Assembly: GCF_009914755.1 (NCBI RefSeq)
Contig: NC_060942.1
Strand: one strand, 5' to 3'
Length of the DNA stretch: 64,000 nt
Source: the human T2T-CHM13v2.0 reference genome, Homo sapiens
The notes under the pieces are model-generated. The model worked only from the letters and a program-made list of their open reading frames with translations. It searched no databases and was not told the DNA's origin. Shown here piece by piece: positions 1-14,119 of the stretch (the stretch's first letter is position 1; each line of letters opens with the position of its first letter). The translations under genes and the position numbers were made by a program.

Positions 1-1099
1 GAATTCTGAGATATTTACGCATTTACATCTTAACCAGCATTATGAACAAGAATAAGAGTGTTTCAACAAAAGCACTGCATTATGATGATATATAAAAGAC
101 ACATCTGGGTTTGTATTATTTAAGTCTAAGCACTCAGCATATGCTAACATTTGTGTGTCATTGTTGCTTTATTATTATTTTTTTTTTGCCTTTTATTTCT
201 TTATACCTGAAAGTATGTTCTTTGATCCTTATTTAAGTTCTTAGACATTTTATGCTAAAGCAGGGATATACAGCTTAGAGAATATTAGGTTTGTATTCTT
301 TGCTGTTTATTGAACTGTTGACTGATTGTACCAAACTGGATCTCCTGCCCTTGAATAATGCAATAGTTTGAGGAAGTTAAGTATAGTTTTCCTTAACATT
401 TTTGGACATCTGCTGATAGAGTATGGACACAAAATCTTTAGTGACTAAATTTCTACTTCTAAATTTGTACATTTTATATCTATTTAATTTTGATCCTGGG
501 ACACCCAAGAATGTGAACGACAAAATTGTTTCCATAGCAGAAAGTTTTAAAAAATTGTTTACTGATTTAATTGTTTGGTACTAATTTTAATTTTGCTGTA
601 TATACTCAAAGCTGGGAAAAAGACACAGCCTGTATTTTAAGGTCAGTCATATAGATTCTCATGAACTGGAATTAGAACTGAGTGATGTTTATATGCGATG
701 CTGTATCTTAAGGAGCTTAAGCTAAGTGGGATGTGAATTGTTTTGCGTATTCAATGTGTAGAGCATGTTAATCATCAACATCATTTTTAAGGGTTTGAAA
801 TTTCATTAGCTTTAAGTTTTTTTATAATTAGATACAGGATTAAATAGACAAGCTAGAAATATATAAAAAGAAATATGTTAAAGCAAGACTTTTATTACTT
901 TCAAATAAAAACTGTGTATGATTATTTTAAAGATTATTAAGGCTTCTTTGTAATTAGCATACATTTATTCACATAAAAACCTTAACTTATTCACCATTCT
1001 CCATATTGTTTATGCTCTATACTTGTGTGTTTAACAAAGCTAAATTAACACAAAAGAAAGCCAGTTTGATTCAGCATAAGTTTTCTCATAATTCATATA

Positions 1100-1520
1100 T
1101 TTTTATTGATATATAAATAGTTGTACATATTTTTAGGTACATGTGATATTTTGATACCTGTATACAATGTATAGTTATCAAATCAGGGTCTGCATAAATT
1201 ATTTGTATTATGGAAATTTGCAAGCACACACAAAATTAAAGAGAATAATATAATGGACGCCCATTTACTAGTTACCTTCTTTAATAGTTGTCAGCATATA
1301 GTCAGTCTTGTTTCATCTATTCTTCCCTTCACTAGATTATTTTAAAGCAAACTCCAGATATCATATTATTTTGTCATTAATGTTTCAGTGTGTATCTCTT
1401 ACTTATAAGACTCAACTTATATGATTAATAAGTTGACTCAACTATGACTCGTCTATAATGTTATTAAAATTATTACTATTCTTTAATATTATCTAACATT
1501 AGGTCAGTGAATTGACACAA
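1100..1520 (-). mobile_element. Old L1 3'-end fragments (L1MA-like then L1MC/ME-like)
   Basis: Antisense L1 3'UTR motifs: gtacatgtgatattttgatac; ctagattattttaaagcaaactccagatatcat. Confidence 0.6.
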
Positions 1521-1748
1521 ACTCTATAGTATTAGCCAAGCTATACTAATCTAGGTTCTTCTGTACCAGAAAATCTCATGGGAGAAAAAAATAGTATAAA
1601 GCAGAAGACCATGGCAATCAGCCACTTATTTTTGAAGTCGATAGAGTATTTATGGCTTATAATTAGATGTATCTGGTATGATTTTGTCCAGGTGGAATAT
1701 TTTAAATCATGGGGTGAGCCTATGGAAATATAAAACTGAAAGGACTCA

Positions 1749-2205
<457 letters not shown>

Positions 2206-2444
2206 TTAGAGGGTTTCTCCAGAGAAATAAATAATTCTAAAATGGAAGAGCAATGGAAAACTATAGAAAATTATGATTGAACCAAAATGATCAAGATATA
2301 TGAAAGTAAAAAGGAAGAATAAAATATCGTAAAAATCAGAGGCACTGATAATCCAAAAAAGGAAGATAAATATTAATAGAGAATAAATATTCAGTGTTAT
2401 CAAGTAAAAAGTTTTAAAATAATATCAAACTAAGTACTTAATTA

Positions 2445-2804
<360 letters not shown>

Positions 2805-2874
2805 GACCCCATTTCCCACATTTCTACAATTTTGTTATAAAATATGCATGTTAGTAAACTATAAAATGGAAAAG

Positions 2875-3203
<329 letters not shown>

Positions 3204-3226
3204 TTACAATTAGAAATAATGGGAAT

Positions 3227-3550
<324 letters not shown>

Positions 3551-3744
3551 TCATGTACGTAATGTAGATTGATGGGCCCTAATAGAAAACGTAAATTTAA
3601 AAATATTTTTCCACCACAAGTTACATAACTCTGTTGAATTACTATTACCACACTGATGTTTATGTAGATTTTGTTACTTTATAGCAAGAGTCATTTGAGG
3701 TACACAGCTGATTGGATCTATTCTTGACATTTTTAACAGTTGGA

Positions 3745-3870
3745 AAGAGTGTAATGTCATGGTTAACAGTACAGACTCCAGAGTTAGGATGCTGGGGTTG
3801 AATCTTGGATTTTTACATTTCTCTGTATGTGTGCATGCAGAGATGGAAGGATAATATAACTTTTCCTACT
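3745..3870 (+). mobile_element. MIR fragment
   Basis: tggttaacagtacagactccagagttagga...gggttgaatcttgg resembles the MIR 5' region. Confidence 0.5.
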
Positions 3871-4110
3871 TTTTTAATAAAAATGTTTTATGTTACAGAT
3901 TCAGTAATCAGATATGCTTCTACAATTAAATGTTGAAATACTGATTACTCACCTCTTTTTCAGGAGCCTAGATTATGGAAGGAACATATCATACTCAATG
4001 CTTTTCATTTCTTGTGAAACAGTTATTTTCCCTCACTGCTTCATCTTCCCTGACCCCCACGCTAGTCATCATCAACATATTTGTTTTCATTTTAACATTT
4101 AGTTGAAACC

Positions 4111-4458
4111 TATCTTAGTCCCTTTTGTGTTGCTGTAACTGAATACCTGAGACTGGGTAATTTATAAAGAATAGAGACTTATTTCTTGGTTCTGGAGGCT
4201 AGGTCAAGGGGTCTGCATCTGGTGAGGGCCTTCTTGCTACATCATTCCTTCAGAAGGCGGAAGAGCAAGAGAGTTCCCCTGTGTGCATGTAAGGGTCGGG
4301 GGAGGGGGACCAAATCATCCTTTTTTCAGGAACCAACTCTCAATAACAGCATTAGTCCGTTCACTAAGGCAGTGCTCTTATGATCTAATCATCTCTTAAA
4401 GGTCCCACACTTCTCAACACTGTTGCATTGGGGATTAAGTACATTTCAAACAATAGCA
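4111..4458 (-). mobile_element. MaLR solo LTR (MSTC/MSTD/MLT1A-like)
   Basis: tatcttagtcc...gaatacctgagactgggtaatttataaagaa...ttgcattggggattaag...aaacaatagca. Confidence 0.85.
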
Positions 4459-5169
4459 AGGACTGACGCCATGTTGCAAGGTTTGATATTACAGTAAACA
4501 GAAAGGTATAAGGTTGTTCCCTGATTCTAAGCACTTGACAGTCTATTGTATAGGAGACTGTAAGTAAAGGATTCGTAGTACTTCGGTATAGCCTATTCAA
4601 AATTCCCATTGAAGTATGCTAAATATAACATCCTTTTAGTGTTTTATTCATGTTTTCTCTCTTACACACACACACACAGTGATCAATGGCAAATGCACAT
4701 AGGAAACTACTAAATTACCGTGGAAGTATTTTAACGTTTTAGAAAAACTTTATTTGAAGATTTTTGATAGCTTTTAATTTGGTTATATACTTTTAGCTTT
4801 AGAGCCATACTGTCAGAATTTTGGGGAGAGAAGAGACATTGCAGACCAAAACAGTGACACATTTATGTGCTACTAGAAAATTACAGACATTTTACACCAA
4901 AAAAGAATTAACCTGCTGCCTATTGCTTCTCTTTTTTTTTGGCATTTGATGTTGTTGCTGTAAGACTATTAATTTTAAACTAGTGCTATAAGCAGCTGGA
5001 AGCTTTGATTCTGGTGATTCATCCCGTTACCTCTGAACAGATGAAAAGAAGTAAATGAATTTTGATGTTGAAAGTCCCCTTTCTTACAAAAATCCATTAA
5101 TGATGTTAATTAAATGAATATTTGCCTCTTTCAGCTGTCTAGCTATTGAAAATTGGGCATTAGATCACT

Positions 5170-6236
5170 TTTTTAAACTGTGAAAGTTTCTTTATTGTGC
5201 CATTTAAATTATTTTTAAGTGGCCAAATCAGCGGTGTTAAGTATGTACACATTGTTGTTCAGCCATCACCACCAATCGTTCTCCGAAACTTTTTCATCTT
5301 CTCAAAGTGAAACCTTATACCCATTGAATGCTAACTTCCCATTCTTTCCTGCCTCCATCCTCTGTCAACCACTGTTCTGCTTTCTGTCTCTATGAATTTG
5401 GCTAATGTAGGTAGTTCATATAAGTGGAATCAAATAAGTGTCTGGCTTATTTCACTTAGCATAGTGGCTTTAAGGTTTATCCATGTTAGAGCTTGTGTCA
5501 GGAGCTTACAATTGTGTTGATCCATTCAACAGAGTGGATCTGTCATTCTACAGACACTTGGGTTTCTTCTATCTTTTGGCGACTGTGAATAATGCTGCTA
5601 TGAATATTGATATAGAACTATCTGTTCAAGTCCCTGCTTTCAGTTATTTTAGGTACACAGGATTGGATTTGTTGTAATACATGGTCATTCTATCTTTAAT
5701 ATTTTGAGGAACTGTCATACTGTTTTCTACAGTGGCTGTACCATTTTACATTCCTACTAGCGGTGCATTATAGTCTCAGTTTCTCCACATCCTCATCAAC
5801 ACTCGATATTTTCTTTTTTCTTTCTTTTTTTTTTTTTTTGTTTTTTGAGATGGAGTCTCGCTGTGTTGCCCAGGTTGGAGTGCAGTGGTACAATCTTGGT
5901 TCACTGCAACGTCTGCCTCCCAGGTTCAAGCAATTGTCCTGCCTCAGCCTCCTGAGTAGCTGGGATTATAGGCATACACCACCACGCCTGGCTAATTTTT
6001 GTATTTTTAGTAGAGATGGGGCTTCACCATGTTGGTCAGGCTGGTCTCGAAATCTTGACCTTGTGATCTGCCTGCCTCGTCCTCCCAAAGTGCTAGGATT
6101 ACAGGCATGAGCCACCACACTCAATCTATTTTTTTTTTTTAAATAATAGCAATCCTAATGAGCGTGAAGTGTGAAGTTATATAGGTATCTCATTGTGATT
6201 TTGATTTGAATTTCCCTAATGATTAGTGATGCTGAG
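5170..6236 (-). mobile_element. L1MB-like 3' region, interrupted by an Alu
   Basis: Antisense L1 motifs (tctggcttatttcacttagcat; gtggctgtaccattttacattcc) resume after the Alu (gtatctcattgtgattttgatttg). Confidence 0.85.
5812..6124 (-). mobile_element. AluS inserted in L1
   Basis: Poly(T) followed by gagatggagtctcgc...gggattacaggcatgagccacc. Confidence 0.95.
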
Positions 6237-6794
6237 GCAAAAGAACATTATAATAATTATTGACCATTACTTTAACTTTTTAAAAAATAGATACATCATT
6301 TCTGATGCTTATGTTCAGTGTCCTATTATTAGAATAAATTTTTCCTCATTGGTATACAATTTCTCAACTTCATTTATATGAGAGTGGCTTTTAAAATGAT
6401 CCATGGTGTTTATTGTGTTACACCCTACTAAGGACAGTCACAAAAAGATTAGACTCTAAATTGAAATAAAATTGTTATTCTTTTCACATGTAGTTTAGAG
6501 AATATAATTTTGGGCTATACTTTTGAGCTTAAGCTTTTAATTCATTGCTTTAAATTTTAAATGCTTATGGTAAGAGAATAAAGAGCTACCGCTCTGCAGC
6601 CATAGAGAAACCTTACATTCAACAAGGTTCAAACAAGGCCTTACAAGGCTAAAGGCTACTGTTCGCTAGAAATGAATGATTTATCAGAGGGGAAATATGC
6701 ACACATAGGTTGGTAGAGATAATGAGAACTGAGGAACTAGCAAGGCTTAAAATTGTCCTGCTAGTTATATTGATTTAAAGACTCTTTCCTGGTA

Positions 6795-7073
6795 TAGTAG
6801 TTCCTCCTTATCTGCAGTTTCAGTTACTCATGGTACAATACAGTAAGATATTTAGAGAGAGAGACCACATTCATATAATTATTACAGTATATTATAATTG
6901 TAGTATTTTATCATTAGTTATTGTTAATGCCATACTGTGCCTGATTTATAAGTTAAACTTTATCATATGTATGTATAGGGAAAAAACATATATAGGATTT
7001 GGTGCTATCTGAGGTTTCAAGTATCCACTGGGGTACTTGGAATATATCTCCTATGGATAACCAGGGGCTACTG
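6795..7073 (-). mobile_element. MER2-like TcMar-Tigger DNA transposon
   Basis: TIRs tagtagttcctccttatc / ggataaccaggggctactg, TA on both flanks, internal match to recalled MER2. Confidence 0.85.
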
Positions 7074-7478
7074 TATATTTTCCTCTTGTATAGATACAAT
7101 GATTTGGTTGGAATGAATTGATCTGATATGTCCCACTCTATGCAGTTATGTTAAGTATTTACAAAAAGGGATCTTTACTAACCAAAAGATTTTCTCTTTT
7201 AATAATACCTTACTTGGTTGTATATGAAAAGTTGCAAAGCTCTGTAGTGTTTCTATGCATAAAACTTACTTTATTTTTGGTATTTTGAGTATTTTTTAAT
7301 TTTTCTATAATATGTTATTTTTTAGGAAATAATAAGATCTATGTAAATGTATTTGTATTTTAAATATCTTTTCCACAGATTTGTAATAGAATTTATAAAA
7401 AGTAAATGAGTAATATTTCTGGAGATTATAAATCTCTGTTTACTAATAATGTAGTTTACGGGGAGTAGAAATACAGCG

Positions 7479-7708
7479 TTTTTCATGGAATCCTAACATT
7501 CCATCACTGTTACATTTAGCAGATATATTAAAATTATGGTTTAAATTATTTAGTTGGTAATTTCCAATTTAAAATGGACAAAACTCATTTTCTTGTGAAT
7601 CCTATCTACATTCCATTGCTGTTGTATTTAGCAGCTCTATTAAAATCATGATTCAAATTATTAGCTGGTAATCTCCAATTTAAAATGGATTAGCTTCATT
7701 TTCATGTG
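7479..7708. repeat. Diverged tandem duplication, about 110-bp unit, about 2 copies
   Basis: Both units read gaatccta..cattcca..ctgtt..atttagcag..tattaaaat.atg.tt.aaattatt.ag.tggtaat.tccaatttaaaatgga..tcattttc. Confidence 0.85.
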
Positions 7709-8113
7709 TCTTCATGTATTTATAATTCAGTATTAGATATAAGTTTCTTTCTAAAAAACTGCATATATGTACTTTAAAACAAGAATCGACAAAGAAACAA
7801 TTGTTTTATTATTAGTCCTACTAAAATTGAAATTTGCTTGAAAAAATGTTATTATGCTATGTTTTTAAAAGTTGGTAACCTGAAATAATTAAATAAGATT
7901 ATGTATTTAATAGCCTGCCCTCAACACTTACGCATTTTTAGTGAACATTGCTTTTTATAAAAATATAAAATGTTCTCTTCCCACGTTCTTTATTGAGAGA
8001 CTAGTTTGTGCCAGGTACTGTGGAGCATACAAATAGACATGAAATCATTGATATATTGTGACAAGGCAGAATATTGACTAACAAAAATACTTTTATTTTC
8101 TAAAGAGATTATG

Positions 8114-10922
8114 TGATAAGGTTTGGATATTTGTCTCCTCCAAATCTCATGTTGAAATGTGACCCTCCATTGTTGGAGGTGGGCCTACTGGGAGGTGTTT
8201 GGGTCATGGGGATGGATCCCTTATGAATGGTGGTATGGTTTGGCTGTGTCCCCACTCAAATCTCAACTTGAATTGTATCTCCCAGAATTCCCACATAATG
8301 TGGGAAGGACCCAGGGGGAGGTAATTGGATCAGGGGTGCCAGTCTTTCCCTACTATCCTCATGGTAGTGAATAAGTCTCACGAGATCCCATGGGTTTATC
8401 AGGGGTTCCCACTTTTGCTTTTTCCTTATTTTTCACTTGCTGCCACCATGTAAAAAGTCCCTTTCACTTCCCTCCATGATTCTGAGGCCTCCCCAGCCAT
8501 GTGGAACTATAAGTCCAATTGAACCTCTTTTTGTTCCCAGTTTCAAGTAATCTTTACCAGTAGCATGAAAACGGACTAATACAAATGGCTTGGTGCCATC
8601 TCGATGGTAATGAGTGAGTTCTCATTCTGGTAGTTCATGTGAGAGCTGGCTGTTTTAAAAAAGTCTGGGACCTTTTTCTTCTCTCTCTTGCTCCCTCTGT
8701 TGCCAAGTGATGCACCTGCTCCTCCTTCACCTTCTGCCATGATTGTAAGTTTCCTGAGGCTCTCACCAGAAGCAGATGTGGACACCACATTTCCTATACA
8801 GCCTGCAGAGCCATGAGCCAAATTAAGCTTCTTTTCTTTATAAATTAGCCAGCCTTGGGTATTTCTTTATAACAACGCAAAAATGGACTAACATAGAAAA
8901 TTGGTACTGAGGAATGGGGCATTGCTTTAAATATACCTGAAGATGTGGAAGCAGCTTTGGAACTGGGTAACAGGCAGACGTTGGAAGCATTTGGAGGGCT
9001 CAGAAGAAGACAGAAGATATGAGGGGAAGTTGGGAATTCCTAAGAGACTTTTTAAGTGGTTGTGACCAAAATACTCACAGAAATATGGACAGTAAAGGCT
9101 ACACTGATGAGATCTCAGATGAAAACATGAAAGTTATTGGGAATTAGAGTAAAGGTTACCCTTGTTACACCCTAGCAAAGAACTTGGTTACATTGTGTCC
9201 AGACCCTAAGGCCCTGTGGAAGTTTGAACTTAAGAATGGTAATTTAGAGTATTTGGCCAAAGAAATGTCTAAGTTGCAAGACATTCAAATAGTGGCCTGG
9301 CTGCTTCTAACAGCCTGTGATTAGATTCAGGAACAAATAAGTGACTTAAAGTTGGAACTTATTTAAAAGGAAATCAGAGTATAAAAGTTTGGAAAATTTT
9401 CAAGCTAGCCATGTGGCAGAGAAAGAATATTTTCGGGGGAGGAATACAAGCAGACTGTGGAGCAACCACTTGCTAGAGAGGTTAGTGTGACTAAAAGGGA
9501 GCCAAGTGCTAATATCCAAGACAATGGGAAAAAGGCCTTGAAGGCATTTCAGAAGTCTTCAAGGCAGCCCCTCCCATCAAAGACCTAGCGACCTAGAAGG
9601 AAAGAATGGCTTTGAGGGCCAAGCTCAAGGCCCTGTTTTCCTGCTTAGCCTCATGACAGTTCTCCCCATATCCCAGCCACGCCAGCTCCAGCTGTGGTTC
9701 AGGTGCTCAGGTACAACTCAGGCCATCATTCCAGAGGGCGAAAGCTATAAGCCTTGGTGGCTTCCACATCGTGTTAAGCTTGCAGGTGAACAGAATGCAA
9801 GAGTCAAGGAGACTTGAAAGATTCCCCCTAGATTTCAGAGGATGTATTGGAAACTCTGGGAGCCCAGGCAGAAGCCTGCCACGGGGCACAGTCCCTGCAG
9901 GAAACCTCTGCTTAGGCACTACAGAGGAGAAATGTGGGGTTGGAGCACTGCCTAGTGGAGCTGTAGGAAAGGGGCCACCACTGTCCAGACCTCAGAATGG
10001 TAGATCCATTGGCAGCATACACCCTGAGCCTGGAAATCCACAGGCAGTCAGCTCCAACCTGCGAGAGTAGCCACAGAGGCTGCACCTTGCAAAACCACTA
10101 GGATGGGCCTTGCGAGCCTACCCCTTGCACAGTGTGTCCTGGATGTGGGGCATGGAGTCAAATATTATTCTGGAGCTTTAAGATGTAATGACTGTTCTGC
10201 TGGGTTTCAGACTTGCATGGGGCCTATTGCCACTTTGTTCTGGCCAATTTCTTCCTTTTGGAATGGGAATGTTTACCTTATGCCTGTAGCACCATTCTCT
10301 CTTAGAAGTAAATAACTGATTTTTTATTTCACAGGCTCATAGGTAGAAGGAACTTGGCTTGAGTTTCAGATCAGACTTTGGTCTTTGGGACTTTTGAGTT
10401 AATGCTGGAACGAGTTAAGACTTTAGAGGACCATTGGGAAGGCATGACTGTATTTTGCAATGTGAGAAGGACATAAGATTAGGGGGCCAGGGATGGAATG
10501 ATATGATATGGATTTCTGTCTCCAAATTTCTTGTTGAAATGTAATCCCCAGTGTTATAGGTGGGTCCTGGTGGGAGGTGCTTGAGTCATGGGGGTGGATC
10601 CCTCATGAATGGCTTGGTACCCTCCTCATGGTTATGAGTGAATTCTGGCTCTGAGTTCATGTGAGAGCTGATTGTTTAAAGAGCCTGGCACCTCCCCCCA
10701 CCTCCTTGCTCGCTCTTTCTCTCTCACCATGTAATATGCCTGCACCTGCTTCACCTTCTGCCATGAGTAAAAGCTCCCTGAGGCCTCCCCAAAAGCCAAG
10801 AAGATGCTGGCACCATACTTCCTGTACAGCTTGCAATACTGTGAGCCTATTAAATCTCTTTTCTTCATAAATTACCCAGCCTCAGGTATTTCTTTATAGC
10901 AATGCCAAAATGGAATAATACA
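8114..10922 (+). mobile_element. Full-length MaLR provirus: MSTB-type LTR (8114-8895), MST-int (8896-10498), LTR (10499-10922)
   Basis: Two homologous LTRs (tgat..g..tgga... to ...taa.a.a); the internal region starts gaaaattggtactgag and ends in the purine tract ggggccagggatggaa. Confidence 0.92.
8231..8583 (+). mobile_element. THE1A solo LTR nested in the MSTB 5' LTR
   Basis: tggtatggtttggctgtgtccccac...acggactaataca; perfect 5-bp TSD AATGG at 8226-8230 and 8584-8588. Confidence 0.92.
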
Positions 10923-11715
10923 CTATCTTAACTTTTCCCACTTACTAAATAATTAAATGTTCCCTCTTACAGTTTCCAAGCTTCGTGGCTCTTTCCTTCT
11001 AAATCAGACTTATATATCAACTTTTAAAATTGCAATGTCTTCTCTTAACCCAGTGTACCCTTCATCTATCTCCTTATCTCTCTCTCCTTCACAGCTGATA
11101 CATATGCTTCTTCATTAGCCATTCATTCCTTCTAACCTTGTGTAATCTGGTCTTCTGCCTGAGATTCCATTTTACAAACCCTTATCAGGATCACTAGTGA
11201 CCTAGAGTTTAGTTCTACTCTATTTTGTGACTAAATTAGGACTCCTTGGCTCTTCTGACTACTTTTAAACAGAAGCTTTCCTTTACTCCCAGGACATGGT
11301 TCTTTTGCATTCCTTATTCCTCCTCTGTTTCTTGTAGTGATTTCTCTTTTGCTGCTCATTTCTTAAAAGGCAATATTCCAAGGGATTTAATTTTTTGTCC
11401 TTTTCTAAGCTTCCTTGTGTCCAACCACTTGTGATTACTGATTGCTACTAAATCTTTAGCCCAGTTCTGGGGTCATCAATTCCCATTGTCTCTTTCTGCT
11501 TTCAAAATAATCACCTAATTCTACATTTTCCACTTTTCTTCAACTCCAGGATTACCATCCTAGTTGACATCACTTTGATTTGTAGTCTCTGATGTTCTTG
11601 TGGCTGCTCTTGTCTTCCTATAGACCATTTGCTACACAGAGTGATTCTTTAAAAACGTAAATCAGATCATTCAAATCATGTCACTTTCTGCTTAAAACTT
11701 TCCAATAGCTTTTTT

Positions 11716-11747
11716 AAAACAAAACAAAACAAAACAAAACAAAAAAC
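11716..11747 (+). repeat. (AAAAC)n microsatellite
   Basis: About 6 units seen directly. Confidence 0.95.
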
Positions 11748-11748
11748 A

Positions 11749-11837
11749 AGATGAAGTCTCACTGTGTTGCCTAGGCTGACCTCAAACTCCTGGGCCTGAG
11801 TAGCTGGGACTACAGGTGCATGCCATTATGCCTGGCC
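11749..11837 (-). mobile_element. Alu monomer (FLAM/FRAM-like) with internal deletion
   Basis: agtctcactgtgttgcctaggctgacctcaaactcctggg|cctgagtagctgggactacagg...cctggcc. Confidence 0.8.
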
Positions 11838-12454
11838 CTGTAACTTTTTATCCCACCTGAGACTAAGACTTGGACTTGCTACTATTGACGACATGGTCTT
11901 ATGTATGATCTGCTCCTGTGTGCCTCCATCCCTTCACATTCACCATGACACAGACACATTTGCCTTTTTTTTGTTTCATGAATGTGGCCTTCATGAATGT
12001 GGCCAAGTCTGTTCCAGTTTTAGGAGCTTGACACTGTTTCCTCTTTCCCAGAACTTCACAAGGCTGGCTGATGATTGAGTCTGAGCTCAGGTGCCAGTTC
12101 TTTCACATAGCCTTCCCAGATTGCCCAATCTAAAGTACCCCTTCCCCTTCTAGTCACTTTCTCTGGTACATAATTCAGTTTTATTTTCCTTATAAAATGT
12201 GTAACAGTCTAAAATTATTTTTTTTATTTATTTGTTTACTTCTTTATGTTCTGGATGTAAATGCTGTAAAGCAGGACCAGGTTTCATTGTTGATCATGGC
12301 TGTGTAACCCCATTCCATATAGCAGCACCTGAAAACTGGTAGGTGTTCAATAAATATTGGTTAGATGATTGAATAAATTGATATTCCAGTTGCCTATTTG
12401 CCATGTATACGTAGATTATTCTAAAATGCAGTGTTTTGAAAACTGAACTGACCT

Positions 12455-12777
12455 TCATTATTTATTTATGTTTCTATATTTATTTATTTATAGAGATAGA
12501 ATCTCCCTCTTTTACCCAGGCTAGAGTACAGTGGCCTGATCATGGCCCACTGCAGCCTCAACCTCCTGTGTTCAAGCAATCCTCTTGCCTTAGCCTCCTG
12601 AGTAGCTGGCACTGCAGGCACATACCACTATACTTGACTAACTTTTTTATTATTGTTTATAGAGATAGGGTTTTGCTCTGTTGCCTAGGTTGGTCTTGAA
12701 CTCCTGGCCTCAAGCAGTCCTCCTGCCTCAGCCTCCCAAAGTGCTGAGATTACAGGTGTGAGCCATTGTGCCTAGCT
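12455..12777 (-). mobile_element. AluJ
   Basis: Antisense dimer; TSD tgaactgac at 12444-12452 and 12778-12786. Confidence 0.92.
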
Positions 12778-13170
12778 TGAACTGACTCTTCTAAGCACCA
12801 ACCAGCTTCCTTGACCTATGTTTCTTCTCTTGTTCTAGGATACCACCATTCACTGTTTATTCCAGCCAGAATCCTGGGAATTATCCTTAATTCCTGCTTC
12901 CTCACTGCTCCCAAATCTAGTTTATTGTCATATGTTGTTGGTTCTCTCTATTAAATTTCTGCTCTCCATTCCTGCAGCCCATTCTGTTTAACCACTTCAG
13001 GGTTCTATTGTTGCTTATGATGTAGCCATAACCTGTTCAAATCCTCCCTGCTGCCAAAATGATCTCTATAAAATATAAATACTATCACTGTTACTCCCCT
13101 GCTTAAAATTCTTCAGGGCGTCCTTTATGCCTTTGTAGTAAAATTAAAAATTTTCTAGGACCTTCATGAT

Positions 13171-13324
13171 ATGACCCTCTGGCTTCATTTCTCAGCCTCT
13201 GACTTTCTCTGTGGTTAGTTCTCCAAACATGTCTTAGTCTTTCATTCTTCCATGCCTGTTCACATGCTTTCCTCTTTGAAACATTCTTCTCCAACGCTGT
13301 TCCCACCCTATATCACCCAACTAT
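13171..13324 (+). repeat. 154-bp direct repeat, copy 1
   Basis: 145/154 identical to 13966-14119 by manual alignment, no indels. Confidence 0.95.
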
Positions 13325-13965
13325 CTCCTACTCATCTCACGACACTCAGCTCTTACATCTTTTCTGAAACGATTTTCCTGTCCCTAGAGCACGCTCTCGG
13401 CTAGACTGGCTGTCACTGGTATTTGCTTTGCCTCCAGCTTAGCTTAGTTTAACATATAATATATCATACTTGTCTCTTTACTTGTTCATCTTCCTTTCTA
13501 GATTTTGATCTCATTGCATTTTGATGACCTACCAAAGCACCCAGCCCACAGCTGCTCAACAATTGTTTGTTGCCTGATTTAACATTGACCTAGACCAAGG
13601 TTTCTGAACTTGATCCTTCATGATGTCCCTAAATGCCTGTAATGTCATACAAAATGTCAGGGTTATGAATGATTTCTCTGGAGACACAGTTCATATTAAG
13701 ATTCTTAATCTTTCTTCAATAACTTGAAGAATCACCAATGTGGTCTTTTGGTACAGTATTAAAGTTTAACATATTTTGAATTATATAGGTGCCTTCCCCC
13801 ACCTTCTTGCTCATTGTTAGCACATATAGCTTAATTTAGAAAATGCTTATAAAGTATGGCTTTCCTCTTGTTTGGGAAAATTTGAGCAGTTGGGCTCACT
13901 TTGGTAGATAGTGCTGTTGAAAGGCTATAGTTTCAGTTCCTGTTATTGTCATCTTCACAGAGAAA

Positions 13966-14119
13966 ATGACCCTCTGGCTTCATTTCTCAGCCTCTGACCT
14001 TCTCTGCTGTTAGTTCTCCAAACATGTCTTAGTCTTTCATTCCTCCATGCCTGTTCACTTGCTTTCCTCCTTGAAACATTCTTCTCCAACCCTGTTCCCA
14101 CCCTGTATCACCCAGCTAT
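13966..14119 (+). repeat. 154-bp direct repeat, copy 2
   Basis: Matches 13171-13324; agaaaa occurs at both junctions. Confidence 0.95.

Larger units (their letters stand above)
11000..13580 (+). mobile_element. Fragmented L2 LINE remnants interrupted by Alus
   Basis: L2 motifs aaatcagatcat..tcactttctgcttaaaact, taggtgttcaataaatattggttagatgattgaat and actcccctgcttaaaattcttc. Confidence 0.65.

Noticed and set aside
1-6. Window starts with GAATTC
   Set aside because: An EcoRI site, possibly a clone end; no biological meaning.
9707-10315. ORFs in the MST internal region
   Set aside because: Decayed MaLR internal sequence broken by stops and frameshifts.
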